Positions 24,123 to 37,988 are shown, counted from the whole stretch's first letter. The stretch: 63,742 bases of DNA, filler included, from Octopus bimaculoides (GCF_001194135.2; 6 parts of 6 records of this genome joined end to end with filler, not necessarily neighbours in it); one strand, 5' to 3'. Made by a program: numbers and translations. Notes: generated by a model not told the origin, from the sequence alone.

Positions 24123-24840
24123 GAGTGTGTGTGCATGCATGTGTGAGTATACACAGAAATATACGTATATACATAAACACATGCGTATATAGACAGAGAA
24201 AAGAATATAAACAGATAGATAGTTTGGTCGATAGATATAATATATAGATTGATAAGATAAAAAAAAAACTGTAAGCCAGAAGGAATGAAAGGAAAACTTA
24301 AGTATTACAAATAAATATATGAAAACAATATAACAAATACAGCAATCACTGTGAAACAGCAACAACAACTAAAACAATTATAATCACACCAACAAGCAAA
24401 AATGCATATAAGATAACAATAACACATCCAACAAACCACAAATAAAACATGAAAAAATATACAGAATTCAAGGAGAAATAATCAGAAATGCACATAAAGA
24501 TTTTACCAAAAAAAATTTTTTTTTTAATGAAAATGACAGCACACTGCATCACCCCTTCCCTTGTGAAATACATAGAAAATAAAAGAAATAGTGAGAAGCA
24601 TGAAATATTGTTCCAAGCTCGCACACTCTGGGTATAGAAATGAAAATGTAGGTTGATTAAATTAACACCCATCAGTTGAAGAAAAAAAAAATATTAGCAA
24701 ATGACACACTCACATACATAAGTATGTATGCATGCATGTATGTATGTGTGTTTATGTGTATATATATATATATAAAATCACAACCACCACCACCGCCACC
24801 ACCACCACCACCACCACCACCNNNNNNNNNNAAACAAATT

Positions 24841-24888
<48 letters not shown>

Positions 24889-25110
24889 GATCTAAGAACC
24901 AGAATTTGAAAACATGGCTGATATACTTGTGCATGTGTACATGTGGGGGTGGGCATTTATGTATGTCCTCATTCTACTGTGTATTTATGCATCTGATATT
25001 GTATGTGTATATGTGTCCTCTTATATGTATATATAGATAAATACAAATATATAAACAGATAAAAAATATATTTCTGTATTTATAAGTGTATGTATATAAA
25101 TGTATATATG

Positions 25111-25150
<40 letters not shown>

Positions 25151-25226
25151 TGCATGTATTTGTGGGTGTATGAGTGCATAATCACACATACCTATAATAC
25201 ACGCACACATATATAGTCACATAAAT

Positions 25227-25272
<46 letters not shown>

Positions 25273-25340
25273 ATATGTAGCATATATATTATTATGCATA
25301 TACATATTATATCATATATATGTTATGTATATACATATTA

Positions 25341-25384
<44 letters not shown>

Positions 25385-25689
25385 TACATATAGATACACG
25401 TGTATAAATACATACATATATATACATACATACATATAAACAAAATGGCATTACAGCTGGTGAAATCCTGTAAAAGTGTCCTTCAGATCCTTATCTTCAA
25501 TATTCTAAGGTGTAATATTGTATTATATTAAGGACAAGACATACCTCCATGCATGCACATATTCAGAGATTGCACATATGTGCACACTTACAGATGCATG
25601 TGCACATATACATGTAATTATAGATAGCAATCCACATACCAGATTCATCATAACATTTAAACAGGAATTCTTCCAATTGCAAGTTTTCT

Positions 25690-26018
25690 TTTCAGGTACA
25701 CGACACTGCTTTTCCCCTTCCCAGGCTACAGGCCCACACCCCCAACACCCATACTGTTAGGATTGGCACTCTCAACGTCGGTACGCTGAAAGGTAGATCT
25801 GGTGAAATTGTTGAGATGCTTGAACGGAGATGCGTAGATATGTGCTGCATCCAGGAAGTAAGATGGAGAGGAGGTTCTGCAAGGTTCCTCACAGGCAAAG
25901 AACACAGGTACAAGATTTTCTGGGCAGGGAACACTGACGGGGTCGAGGGCGTAGGAATACTTCTAGCGGAGAAATGGGTGGATAAGGTAATCGAGGTCGT
26001 TAGAGTAAGTGACAGAGT
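25690..26018 (+). mobile_element. RTE-clade LINE, start of the AP-endonuclease domain, open to the gap
   Basis: TVRIGTLNVGTLKGRSGEIVEMLERRCVDMCCIQEVRWRGGSARFLTGKEHRYKIFWAGNTDGVEGVGILLAEKWVDKVIEVVRVSDR with APE motifs TLNV, QE and GVGIL; no stop before the join. Confidence 0.9.
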
Positions 26019-26118
26019 NNNNNNNNNNNNNNNNNNNNNNNNNNNNNNNNNNNNNNNNNNNNTTAATTAATTAANNNNNNNNNNNNNNNNNNNNNNNNNN
26101 NNNNNNNNNNNNNNNNNN
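26019..26118. other. Scaffolding join: 44 N + TTAATTAATTAA + 44 N
   Basis: Same 100-bp pattern. Confidence 0.95.
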
Positions 26119-26173
<55 letters not shown>

Positions 26174-28218
26174 ATGTATATATGATATCGTTTCTTTTTT
26201 TGTGTGTAGAATTTACATGTATTTTCAGATTTACCGATCTTAAATGAAATTCACTATCATTATTATTTTTATTATTAGTACTAGTAGTATCAATATTATC
26301 ATTGCGCTGGATTAGTTGAATCGGTAAATTGCCTTGTGATTTATTATCACCCATGTCACTATAGGTTTTGTGTTCAAATTCCTCTGAATTTCTGTCTTTT
26401 GTCCTCCAGAGAGTGGATAATATACTGAAGAATTGGTTATACCCATCCCCGAATTTTTTTCTTGAATGCGTTTATATTTATTTACTTATTAATGCTTTAA
26501 AAAAATTGTTTGCTATTTTTTGCTACTTTCTACTTCATTTGTGCACGAAATTATTTTATTCCATTTCCGCTTTCCTGCATTCATTTCCTGTTTCATCTTT
26601 CCCGTTTTATTACATTTTCATTTTTCGGTAATTTGATAATTCATATTGCCACTTCCGATACTTATGTCTTCAATAGCATGAGGTCCATTTTCCTGATTCT
26701 ATATTAATTTATAACATGTAACAAATGTGTACGTGCAAATATTTTGGAGTCATAACAAGATGCGTTAAACGCACCACCATGTCATATATATTATTACAAA
26801 GACACACACACACACACACACAGTTTTTTTCCTTCTGTCTATTTTCTTGTGTTTTCATATATATATATATATATATATATAATGTGTGTGCCTATATATG
26901 TATGTATATATATATATGTGTGTGTGTGACGATTTTGATAATTACGAAATGTTTTAAAATATTATACACATTTTTCTGCTCACATCCTCAAAAACAAACA
27001 AAACAATATTCTCTTAAATAGTAGAATTAGATATAATGAATAATTTTAGTGACAATGGCTTCGGAATTTCGCTAATNNNNNNNNNNNNNNNNNNNNNNNN
27101 NNNNNNNNNNNNNNNNNNNNNNNNNNNNNNNNNNNNNNNNNNNNNNNNNNNNNNNNNNNNNNNNNNNNNNNNNNNNNNNNNNNNNNNNNNNNNNNNNNNN
27201 NNNNNNNNNNNNNNNNNNNNNNNNNNNNNNNNNNNNNNNNNNNNNNNNNNNNNNNNNNNNNNNNNNNNNNNNNNNNNNNNNNNNNNNNNNNNNNNNNNNN
27301 NNNNNNNNNNNNNNNNNNNNNNNNNNNNNNNNNNNNNNNNNNNNNNNNNNNNNNNNNNNNNNNNNNNNNNNNNNNNNNNNNNNNNNNNNNNNNNNNNNNN
27401 NNNNNNNNNNNNNNNNNNNNNNNNNNNNNNNNNNNNNNNNNNNNNNNNNNNNNNNNNNNNNNNNNNNNNNNNNNNNNNNNNNNNNNNNNNNNNNNNNNNN
27501 NNNNNNNNNNNNNNNNNNNNNNNNNNNNNNNNNNNNNNNNNNNNNNNNNNNNNNNNNNNNNNNNNNNNNNNNNNNNNNNNNNNNNNNNNNNNNNNNNNNN
27601 NNNNNNNNNNNNNNNNNNNNNNNNNNNNNNNNNNNNNNNNNNNNNNNNNNNNNNNNNNNNNNNNNNNNNNNNNNNNNNNNNNNNNNNNNNNNNNNNNNNN
27701 NNNNNNNNNNNNNNNNNNNNNNNNNNNNNNNNNNNNNNNNNNNNNNNNNNNNNNNNNNNNNNNNNNNNNNNNNNNNNNNNNNNNATATATATATATATAT
27801 ATATATACATGTATCCCTATGTGTCACGAATTACTATTTCTTGCCTCTCCTCGTATTTTCAATGATATGTATGTCATATTGCTAATATTCTTTTTATAAT
27901 TAAAGAAACGCAAAATAGTATCTAAGTTGACAAAAAAAAACATGAATCAGTCGAATAGCAATCAAATAAGTAAAAAAGAACACTTGATAACACTTAATAA
28001 TAATAACCAGTGTGGATATGTTTATGGATGGTAACAGAAGGAGCAAGCTGTATAATATATTCGACAAAAGTCATTAATAGATGATGATGATGATGATGAT
28101 GATGATAGTAGTGTTGGCGGTAATGAGTATGACGATGCTGATGATAATGGTGATATATGTGAATATATGATGTTGATCATGCTTTTGATATTAATGAGGT
28201 TTATTATTATTATTATTA

Positions 28219-28253
<35 letters not shown>

Positions 28254-28891
28254 AATAATAATTCAGATGTTAACTCATATTTTAAAAGATCAGTTGATTT
28301 TGTTGTTGATAATAATAAAAATGATATAATAATTCTTTCTACTTCTCGTACATGGTCAGCAATTTTGAGGGGAGGGTCGAATCGATTACGTTGATCCCAG
28401 TGCTCATCTAGTACTTAATTTATCGACTCGAACTAATGATAATAATAATAATAATAATAATGATAATAATAATGATAATAATAATGAAGATGATGATGAT
28501 GATAATTATAATAATAATAATAATGATAATAATAATGATGATGATAACAATAATCAGAAGAATGATAATAATAAGGATAATAAAATGAGAAACACTCAGA
28601 ACTGATATTTGTTCTGCTGTGAAAGTGCGCAATAAAATATAACAAATGAAAATTAACATTTTGCCACCTTAAATCATTATTTATTAACAAGTTCCCCTTC
28701 TCTTCCTTCTACGTCTTGTTTGAGCCGATCATTTGATTGATCTACTGATTTTTTGAGTTACATTCGAACTGCTTGCTGATCTTTTTGATCTGCTCGTAAG
28801 ATACAAATGTTGATTTGTTCGAACTGCTTATTGGTTTAAGCTGCTGATCTTTCGCTCTGAATTAATATATAGAATGCTTTGTTATACTTAT

Positions 28892-29284
28892 GATGTTGTT
28901 GTTGTTGGTACTCCGTCGATTACGACGTCAAGGGTTCCAGTTGATCCGATCAACGAAACAGGCTGCTCGTGAAATTAACGTGCAAGTGGCTGAGCACTCT
29001 ACAGACACGTGTACCCTTAACGTAGTTCTCAGGGATATTCAGTGTGACACAGTGCGACAAGGCTGACCCTTTGAATTACAGGCACAACAGAAACAGGAAG
29101 ACAGTGTGAGAGAAAGTTGTGGTGAAAGAGTACAGCAGGGTTCGCCACTACCTCCTGCCGGAGCCTCGTGGAGCTTTAGGTGCTTTCGCTCAATAAACAC
29201 TCACAACGCCCGGTCTGGGAATCGAAACCGCGGTCATAGGATCGCGAGTCCGCTGCCCTAACCACTGGGCCATTGCGCCTCCAC
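28892..29284 (-). mobile_element. SINE family C, full length, 12-bp TSD
   Basis: Head GTGGAGGCGCAATGGCCCAGTGGTTAGG (A-box) and GGTTTCGATTCC (B-box), (AAC)n tail; TGTTATACTTAT at 28880-28891 and 29285-29296. Confidence 0.92.
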
Positions 29285-29765
29285 TGTTATACTTATATCC
29301 CCAAAGAAAAAACAAAAAGAAAAAAAAAGTCATGCGTGACGATAATGCGTGTCTCAATAAGATGAACTGAGNNNNNNNNNNNNNNNNNNNNNNNNNNNNN
29401 NNNNNNNNNNNNNNNNNNNNNNNNNNNNNNNNNNNNNNNNNNNNNNNNNNNNNNNNNNNNNNNNNNNNNNNNNNNNNNNNNNNNNNNNNNNNNNNNNNNN
29501 NNNNNNNNNNNNNNNNNNNNNNNNNNNNNNNNNNNNNNNNNNNNNNNNNNNNNNNNNNNNNNNNNNNNNNNNNNNNNNNNNNNNNNNNNNNNNNNNNNNN
29601 NNNAAAGGTTAGGGGGTTTCACATGAGTAAACATATCTTAAAAAAAAGAAAATTCTTTGAGAATTTTATCTTTTGTCCATGATGTAACTCTCAGACCATT
29701 TTCTTTTTTTTTTTTTAATAGTCATATAGATTATATATATATTGATGTGAGCTTGTACGTTTATA

Positions 29766-30270
29766 CAGGCTGTCCCAGAATTAATTGTCTATTTCAATGA
29801 AATCGGACAAAAAAAAAAGAAAAACAGAAGAGGAAAAAAAAAACAACAGAATTTTATGTTTATTATTTAATTATGATACCAAAACAAATATATTTATAAA
29901 TCTTACGTCAAAACTTTTTGGAAAATTTTCAACATGTGCTCCGTCTGTATCTCTGGAAATTTCACGTCTATCCTTATTGCTGCAGAACACATTTTGAAGC
30001 ATTTCAGAAGTTATCTTCCACACTGCTAACTGAATGCATTCTTTAAGTTCAGCTAAAATATTGCTCCATCCTGGAGATAGAGGTAGAGAAAATGATTGCT
30101 GCCAAATTAAAAATAAGGTGTCGTGGACAGTTAAGCGGGATCCAACAGAATGAAAATAAAATTATAAAATATACAAAATGATAAACAAAATTTTTTAAAT
30201 TGATACACGCTTAATGCATGTTAAATATATTGTTCCATTTCTGTAAAATAGTTAAATCTGGGACACCCTG
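29766..30270 (-). mobile_element. Internally deleted Tc1/mariner element with both TIRs and TA TSD
   Basis: TA|CAGGCTGTCCCAGAATTAA at left and TTAAATCTGGGACACCCTG|TA at right; minus strand retains the C-terminal LAELKECIQLAVWKITSEMLQNVF...DTDGAHVEN. Confidence 0.85.
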
Positions 30271-32243
30271 TATATAATTACAAACGAGAGAAGATCACTC
30301 CATACATTGCGTAGAGTTTAAATTGATTGAGAGTTAGTTGCGGATTCATACGTTAGTATATGCGCTCGTTCGCCTCTGCGTTGTTCATTCAGTGTGCAAA
30401 AACCGTGTCAAAGCCGATAAGGCTACATCGAAACCTGTACTTATTTGTTTGAATACTATTCTACTGACGTTGATGAATAAAACACGCTTGGATGTAATTT
30501 GAACTACGTCAATTGAAATATTTAACTGAAAATATAAATCTTTCTATTAAGAATCTGTGCAAGGCTCCTATCACCGAAATGTTATAATAACCGAGTCTAT
30601 ACCAACTACCTACGAAGCAAATTATCTGCGGGAATTTTATTGCTGATTCTAATATTGACAAGATTTCTCTTACTGTGAACAGCTCTGAATTAACTTCTCT
30701 GTATCAACTATACTCAAACATACTCAAAAATAAGGCCCTGTCCATTTTTTTTACATCTTTAATTTAAAATAGTCTCCTTTATCACTGGACGTCAATATAT
30801 TTTATATTCATTTGAAAGAAGTCAAATATAACATCGCTCTAAAATCATACTATTACTCTGATTTCAGCCACTGAAGAAGGAAATATCTGCGTGGTAATTA
30901 AATATGCTGAAAATAGCAAATAAGATGTCTCACTCTGGAAGAACACGTTACATAAAAGTTCTCTAAATACATCGTTGGTATGCGGCAGTATTTTACTTAG
31001 TGGTGTATCGGAGATCAGATAAGTAACTAGTATATTCCGTACGGAAGGATTAAGAAAAACGTCATAAATCAAAAATAATTTAACTATTTGAAAACAACTG
31101 CTTACCTGTTTTATCTTTTCTATAATCGTACATGTGACTGAGAAAATGATGGTGAACACGTTTTCCAAGGCACTTAAATGTCTTGTAGATTTTCTAAATC
31201 CTTGAATTTTATCGACTTAAAAATTTGCAACCCATTTTTTACGGAGTACTAAGATACATTTTCTGTTCAGAATTGCCAGAACTATTATTGTGCAGAACCG
31301 AGCTAAGCAACATTGAAAATTACTCTAACTCACAACTGTTTCGACTCTAAGTGTCATCAAATTTTTCTTTTTTCCTTTAGACGTTTAGTTAGGAGGAACG
31401 TCGGTGCACATAATACTTTATAGAGCTTCTGCGACGAGTGAAAGGAAGATATCCTGGATCTGAGGACCTGGCCCGAACGCTGGCAACAGAGCGGTAAAGA
31501 TTAGGGTTAGGGTCACGTGACGGTTTTATAGCATACAGCATATAAAGTTTATCGTCCAAATAGACTTAATTCGTTGCCTAGTGTAACCACAGACAACAGA
31601 TTTGAACTCCGGACGCAAAGAGCCAAGACGTCAGATGTAAACAAACAAGGAGATCGAAGATGAAAAATAGGTAATGGGCATATATGCCATAATTCAGGAG
31701 TTTTTGCTCCTTCGCAGTACTCATCTGACCCATTAATCATCCACGAACTCATTGCTAAGTACACTATTGAAATTTAGGTGATTCTGATATAACGGGACAT
31801 AGTGTAGCATTGTAAAGCAGAGTAGGGATCTAATGTAATATAAACTGTTTCGAAGTTGCATCAATTTTATGGCATGATATTAAAAGATACAATCACGAAC
31901 GTATAGTCCGCAATTATATCACCATACATTTATTTATGACTGAGACGGTTATCATCTGTCATTTCTACAGTCTTTCGGGAGGAATTGTTTTGGCCGATCA
32001 TCCTATTAGAATTTGCAGCCAAATTATCTCAACACAAACCCTACCGTCCTAATTAAAGGGAAGGAGGCATTAGATAAAGTGTAATGTAGATAAAAGACGG
32101 GATGATCGCCGCAGGCAAGCTTTCGATTATAGGATGTCCTGGTGTTAATAACAAAAATAACTATAACGTACTTCTGGTTCCTATCCTACAAAGACAGACT
32201 GTACTGCATGTGTGTCTGTGTGTGAGAAAGAGCGAGAGAAAGA

Positions 32244-32334
<91 letters not shown>

Positions 32335-32429
32335 ACACAAGAAATGTAGGAAGGGAATGTAAGCAAAGATTTCAGAAATACCAATATAATGATAAAGTTG
32401 ATGATATTAATAAATAATAATAATAACTC

Positions 32430-32639
32430 TTTCTACTGGAAGCTCAAGGCCTCAAATTTGGAGAATGGATTAAGTCGATTATATCGACCCCAGTGGGTAA
32501 CTGGTACTGATTTAACCGACCCCGAATAGATGAAAGGCAAAGTCAACCTCGGCGGAATTTGAACTCAGAACGTAAAGACAGATGAAATTCTGCTAAGCTT
32601 TTTGTCCGCTGTGCAAACGTTTCTGCCAAGCTCGCCACC

Positions 32640-32737
<98 letters not shown>

Positions 32738-33340
32738 CCTTTCTACTATAGGCACAAGACCTGAATTTTTGAAGGTAAGACGCTAGTTGATTACATCAAC
32801 CACAGTGCAAAGCAGAGTTGACGCCGGTGGTAATTTCAAGTGAGAACGTAAAGGCAGACGAAATGTCGCTAAGCATTTTGTCCGTCGTTCTAATAGTCTG
32901 CCAGCTCACTACAATAATAATGATGATGATGATGATTCACAACAAAATAACAACTTTTGTCTTTTTCTGACTTAAGCACAGAACCAGAAAATTTGACTTA
33001 TTGACCACGAAAAGTTGAAAAGAACTGTTGACCCCGACTTCACTTGAACTCAAAAGGTAAAAAGTCGAAAGTAATACCACAAGGTCTTTTTCTCCGAAGC
33101 TCTAACGGTTCTGCCACTGAAGTTAATAATGGTGATGACGTTGGTGTTGATGATGGTGATAATAACAATTATAATAGTTGTTTCGAATTTTGGAATAAAG
33201 CCTACAATTTAATCGATTATATCTACTCCAGTACTTGACTGGTACTGTATCTTAATCGAATTCGAAAGGATGAATGGTAAATCTGGCCTCGGTGGGATTT
33301 GAACTCAGAACGTAATAGCTGAGCATTTTGTCTCCGGTGT
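32430..33340 (-). mobile_element. Tandem cluster of 3-4 SINE family A copies separated by (AAT)n tails
   Basis: Repeated GGAATTTGAACTCAGAACGTAA and GTCGATTAYATC motifs at about 32470-32640, 32735-32910, 32980-33110 and 33185-33340. Confidence 0.8.
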
Positions 33341-33553
33341 TCGAACCAATCGTGGCAATTTTAAAAAATGAATTATTAAAGGGTTTCGAATAATAAATTC
33401 GATTATCTTTTTGGAGATTGGAAGTATATTGAACACACACATATATACACATACACACAGACACACGTATATATAAATGTATGTATATCTATATGCTTTT
33501 ATATATATATAAAATATATATATAATATATTCTTTTACTTTCTTTTAGTTTTC

Positions 33554-33608
<55 letters not shown>

Positions 33609-35645
33609 AGGCAAACTGGAAACAAATTGAGAAAGAGATCCTCAAACAAAACTGGCCTAAATGTCTCCTCATTGGATATCGACATGAAACCTCAACAATT
33701 CATGCCTGTAATGCAAGCCATATGCTACAAATGTGTCCCGGAGAGAAAGGCCACTGTACACAAGAACAAAATTCCCAGGGAGAGGAAAATTCTTATGAGA
33801 TGGCGTACAAAAGTTTCAAATCACCTAAACAAACCAATTGAAAGCAGTGAAAAGTCCCGACTGGAAATACCACTGCTGGAGATTGAAAACAAAATCTGCA
33901 ACTCTCTCATGAAAAAGAAAGAGCAGACAAAGAAGCCTGGGCTATAGACAATATAAACTGTAACCCCAGAGTTTGCCAAAGAAACAGCTTCAGTGCACTG
34001 CCGGATAGCGCCACTCCTCGAAAAAGATGGTACACTTACAGGAAACCCAATGAGGGTAAGTGAAATACTAAATGAGCAATTCAAAAGTATTTTCACTCCA
34101 CCCCTAGGACACTTGCAAGTCAGCAATCCAACTGACTTTTTTTACCACTACAGATATAAAAACAGAGGCAGCGATGATCGATTACATCAAAATAAAGAAA
34201 GACGATGTAATAAGGGCTATAGATGAAATGAATCCAAACTCAGCTACTTGCCCTGATGGATTCCCAGCAATCCTTCTAAAAGTATGTCAACGAGTCCTAG
34301 CAAGACCACTGCTGTGCCTCTTTCAGAGCTTCCTTGCAACTGGCAAACTTCCAAGAAAACTGAAGGAGGGTAAAATATGCCCTATTCATAAAGGAGGTAG
34401 CAGAGCAGAGGCCAAGAACTACAGACCTATCTCTCTGACCTCGCACATCATCAAGGTCACGGAATGAATAGTCAGAAGAAAACTAATCGCTTTCCTTGAA
34501 GAAAATGACTTGCTGCCTGATACCCAACATGGTTTCCGATCAGGAAGAAGCTGCTGGGTGCTGAAACAGCTGCTCGATCACTCAAATGTGGAAGTGATAT
34601 ATCTCGACTTTGCAAAGGCTTTTGATAAAGTCGATCGTGGAATGATATGTCACAAACTGCGTGATCTCGGCATAGTTGCAAAATTGGGAGAATGACTTCA
34701 TGACTTTCTGAAGGATAGAAGTTAAGTGGTAGTAGCCAATGGGGCCACCTCCAATGACACTCAAATTGTGAGCGGTGTTCCGCAAGGCACTGTTTTGGGA
34801 CCACTGCTGTTCATAATGCCCCTCTCAGACATGCCCTCAGCCACACAGAGAGCCACGATCACAAGTTATGCAGATGATACAAAAGTCTCACAGGTGATAC
34901 AGAACCCTGAAGACACTATGCACTTGCAATGTGAGATGGATGAAATATACAAGTGGCCTGAAAAGAATAGTATGCAGTTTAATGCTGAAAAGTTTCAAGC
35001 CTTGTGCTATCAGCATGCAAGACTAAATGCAATACTCATTATACACTGGACCTAGAAGGATTGCAATCCCAGAGGCACAGTCAGTGCGAGACCTGGGCAT
35101 TTACATGAGCAACGATGCATCCTTCAATGTGAATGTTGCTAAATTGGCAATGAAATGCATGCGGCTGACCGGACGGATTCTTAGAACTTTTAGAACAAGA
35201 CATCAGGAAACCATGGTGGTCTTTTGGAGGACACATGTCCTAATCCACTTTGATTATTGCTCTCAGCTATGGTCACCAACCAGTGTCAAATTAATCTCAG
35301 GACTTGAAGCAATCCAACGAAGCTACACGAAGAAGATAGCCTCTATACAGCATATAAGATACTGAGAAAGACTCAAGAGATTAAAACTCTATTCCTTAGA
35401 GCCTAGGCGAGAAAGACATGCCACAATATACATCTGGAAGATCCTGGACCTCTTACTGTCAAGCGTCCCAGATGAACCATATTCGCGGCAAGAGGTGCAG
35501 ATGAGGGCAGCGGCATCAAACTCCTTCATGCACCAAATGTAAATTCCTAAAAAGCATTCGTGAAGTAAAATTATGTAGAAACACCAAATGGCGGTGCCCC
35601 GTCATGGCCACAGCTCGTGAGCTGAAACTCGATATAATATATAAA
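33609..35645 (+). mobile_element. CR1/L2-like LINE, 5'-truncated ORF2 (RT) plus 3' UTR, inactivated
   Basis: PGPDG-like TCPDGFP, KNYRPISLTS, QHGFRSGRSC, YLDFAKAFDKV, SGVPQGTVLGPLLF, YADDTK (34867-34878), RDLGI, DYCSQLWSP and terminal PDEP...RAAASNS; stop at 35540-35542; several stops and frameshifts. Confidence 0.92.
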
Positions 35646-37887
35646 CTCTTGTTAACTCTGTTTATCTTCAACTATTTTATACTGCTGACTGTATCTCTTA
35701 ACTATCGAACTTGCAATAATCGCTTCGACTCCAGGATTTCGCAGGAACGTTTGTTTTGGAGTTGCTTTCATTTGAAGACTAATTGCACTGCATTGAGCTG
35801 CGGCTCTTCAAAGCCAAGATTGGATCCAAGAGGATTAAATACCGTTGGCTATAAATACGGCGTACTACAGGAGACCAGGTACGAACAGTAAACCTGTTGG
35901 TTTGCACTTCAGCATGTTAGCATCTCGTCTTTCCGTAGCTCCCATAAATGACTTAGATACTTCGCATCAACATAGTTAAGAATTTAATAAAAAAACAATA
36001 CATATTATTTATCGTGCGTGGGGTAAACGTCTGGCTTTCATCCACAGGAAAATAAGAATAAAATAATGTACCTCTAATGCATTGAGGTTGCGGAAATGGA
36101 AGATACTCTTCTATTCGCGGCTGTTTAAATATGTATCAGACATTTACTGAGATAAGTATAAAATCGACTGTATCGTTTCTTCAAAATTTATGGCCTTGTG
36201 CCAATACTAAGAATTACTATATTGATTGACAGCGCGTTATTTAATTACATATCTTCACGTCCTGAATTCAGATCACGCCGGAACAGTCGAAACCATTCAC
36301 TTTTCAGAGGTCGATAAAATAGTACGTTAGTCACACGCCGAGGAATATTTAATTGGCTGTACTCTTACTGCAAAATTTGTGGTGTAGTAGTAATATAAAG
36401 GGGGAAAACTTTGATTAGCAGATTTCTTGTCGTATTTATCTACTTCTTTCTCCACACTTTTATTTTTACCTTCATTCATCTGAAAATCGATCAGTTCCCT
36501 AACACTTTTCCTTAGCTATTTCTGCCCTTGTATCAAAGTGAGAGATCTTCATTTTGAGGAAGGAAAACCAATGTCTGAGATGGTAAGGTATCGGACCAAT
36601 TGATTTGTCTATTAAATGTTTAGTTACTTTCGTCTATGTTCAGATCCTACCGGTGTATGTTTTGTCTTTCATCCGAATCGATAACATATGTAGCATTCAA
36701 ACATTAAGATCGATTCGCTGTTAAATATCTAGTAAATATCTATCCGGAATATAGGTGCTGTAAGGAATATAGACATGTGTAATAGAAGAAATGTGTATGT
36801 ATATACATATATATTTCTTCTATCGCACATGTATGTATGTATGTATACAAGGAATTAAAGATTATCTGATCTAAGGCATATAGGCATATGTGATACAAAG
36901 CAGTGATTTGGAAGCTTTTCTTAACTACACTCTGAGAGAAGTAATATCTCCACCTAAAGAAGTAATATACTTAAAGATCAAAAAGTTAATTTTTAAATAA
37001 GTTTTTTTTCTGTAAATCGAACGCCATAGAGTACTGAGGGTGAATAAACGCTCTAAAAAAAACAAACAGCTTTTGATTATTCAATGCATAAAACGTAAAT
37101 GTAAATGGAGCGTTTACAAAAGAAAAACTAAAAAGAGAAGAAGCCGCGAAACCAGTCACAAATGTGAACATTAAATTAAATGACTTCATTTTTCATATTT
37201 CTCATTAATGATATTCTCAAAACATGGAATCGCTCTGAATCCGCTGGAAAAGTTGCAGATGACAATAGGCGATCTACAGGTTTCTCAGTGAATTCTAGCG
37301 ATTCCTTTAATTCTTGATCGAAAAAAAGAGAATCGAAGCCAAATTCATACAAATATATAGCTGCAAGCGTATTGATAACATGTTCTTCATAATAATCTCT
37401 TGAGGGTTAGATTTAAATCTATGTAAAGTAACAAGATTCTTTGCAAGCTTAATAGGATAAAGTTATTTCGAAGAGGGAATAATTTTATTCTGCATACTGG
37501 TTTTAATGAAATATATAATTTGAAATATATATATGTGAAAAAAAAAAGCAGGCAACATGTCGGCATTCGGTTTCCTGTTCTTGATATTGCGTCACGTGCT
37601 TGTGTGTGAATGACCATACAAAATGAACTCTGAAATGACATAATTCACCTAAATGTAAGTAGATACCACAACGTGAGAATAATCCGGCCTCGATAAGGAG
37701 TGCCAGTAATTCTGATTTCACAAGAGATACGTTTTATTGCAGTGAATAAAACAATATCGTTGTCACCCTTGTGAGTGAAAAAAATCTTCCCGTCCAGGAA
37801 AAATACTAGTTTCTCACCAGTTTAAACGTATGAAAAGTAGAGATGAACAACATCCCGTGTGAATCGTTATGATTAAGGAGACATAAC

Positions 37888-37897
37888 AATATCAACA

Positions 37898-37988
<91 letters not shown>

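Noticed and set aside
29205-29284. tRNA-like sequences with A and B boxes (also at 13802, 18290, 40210 and 41340)
   Set aside because: They are SINE heads that continue into shared bodies, some with TSDs, and lack a complete cloverleaf.
31501-31512. TTAGGGTTAGGG telomere-like dimer
   Set aside because: Two units are too few to call an interstitial telomeric repeat.
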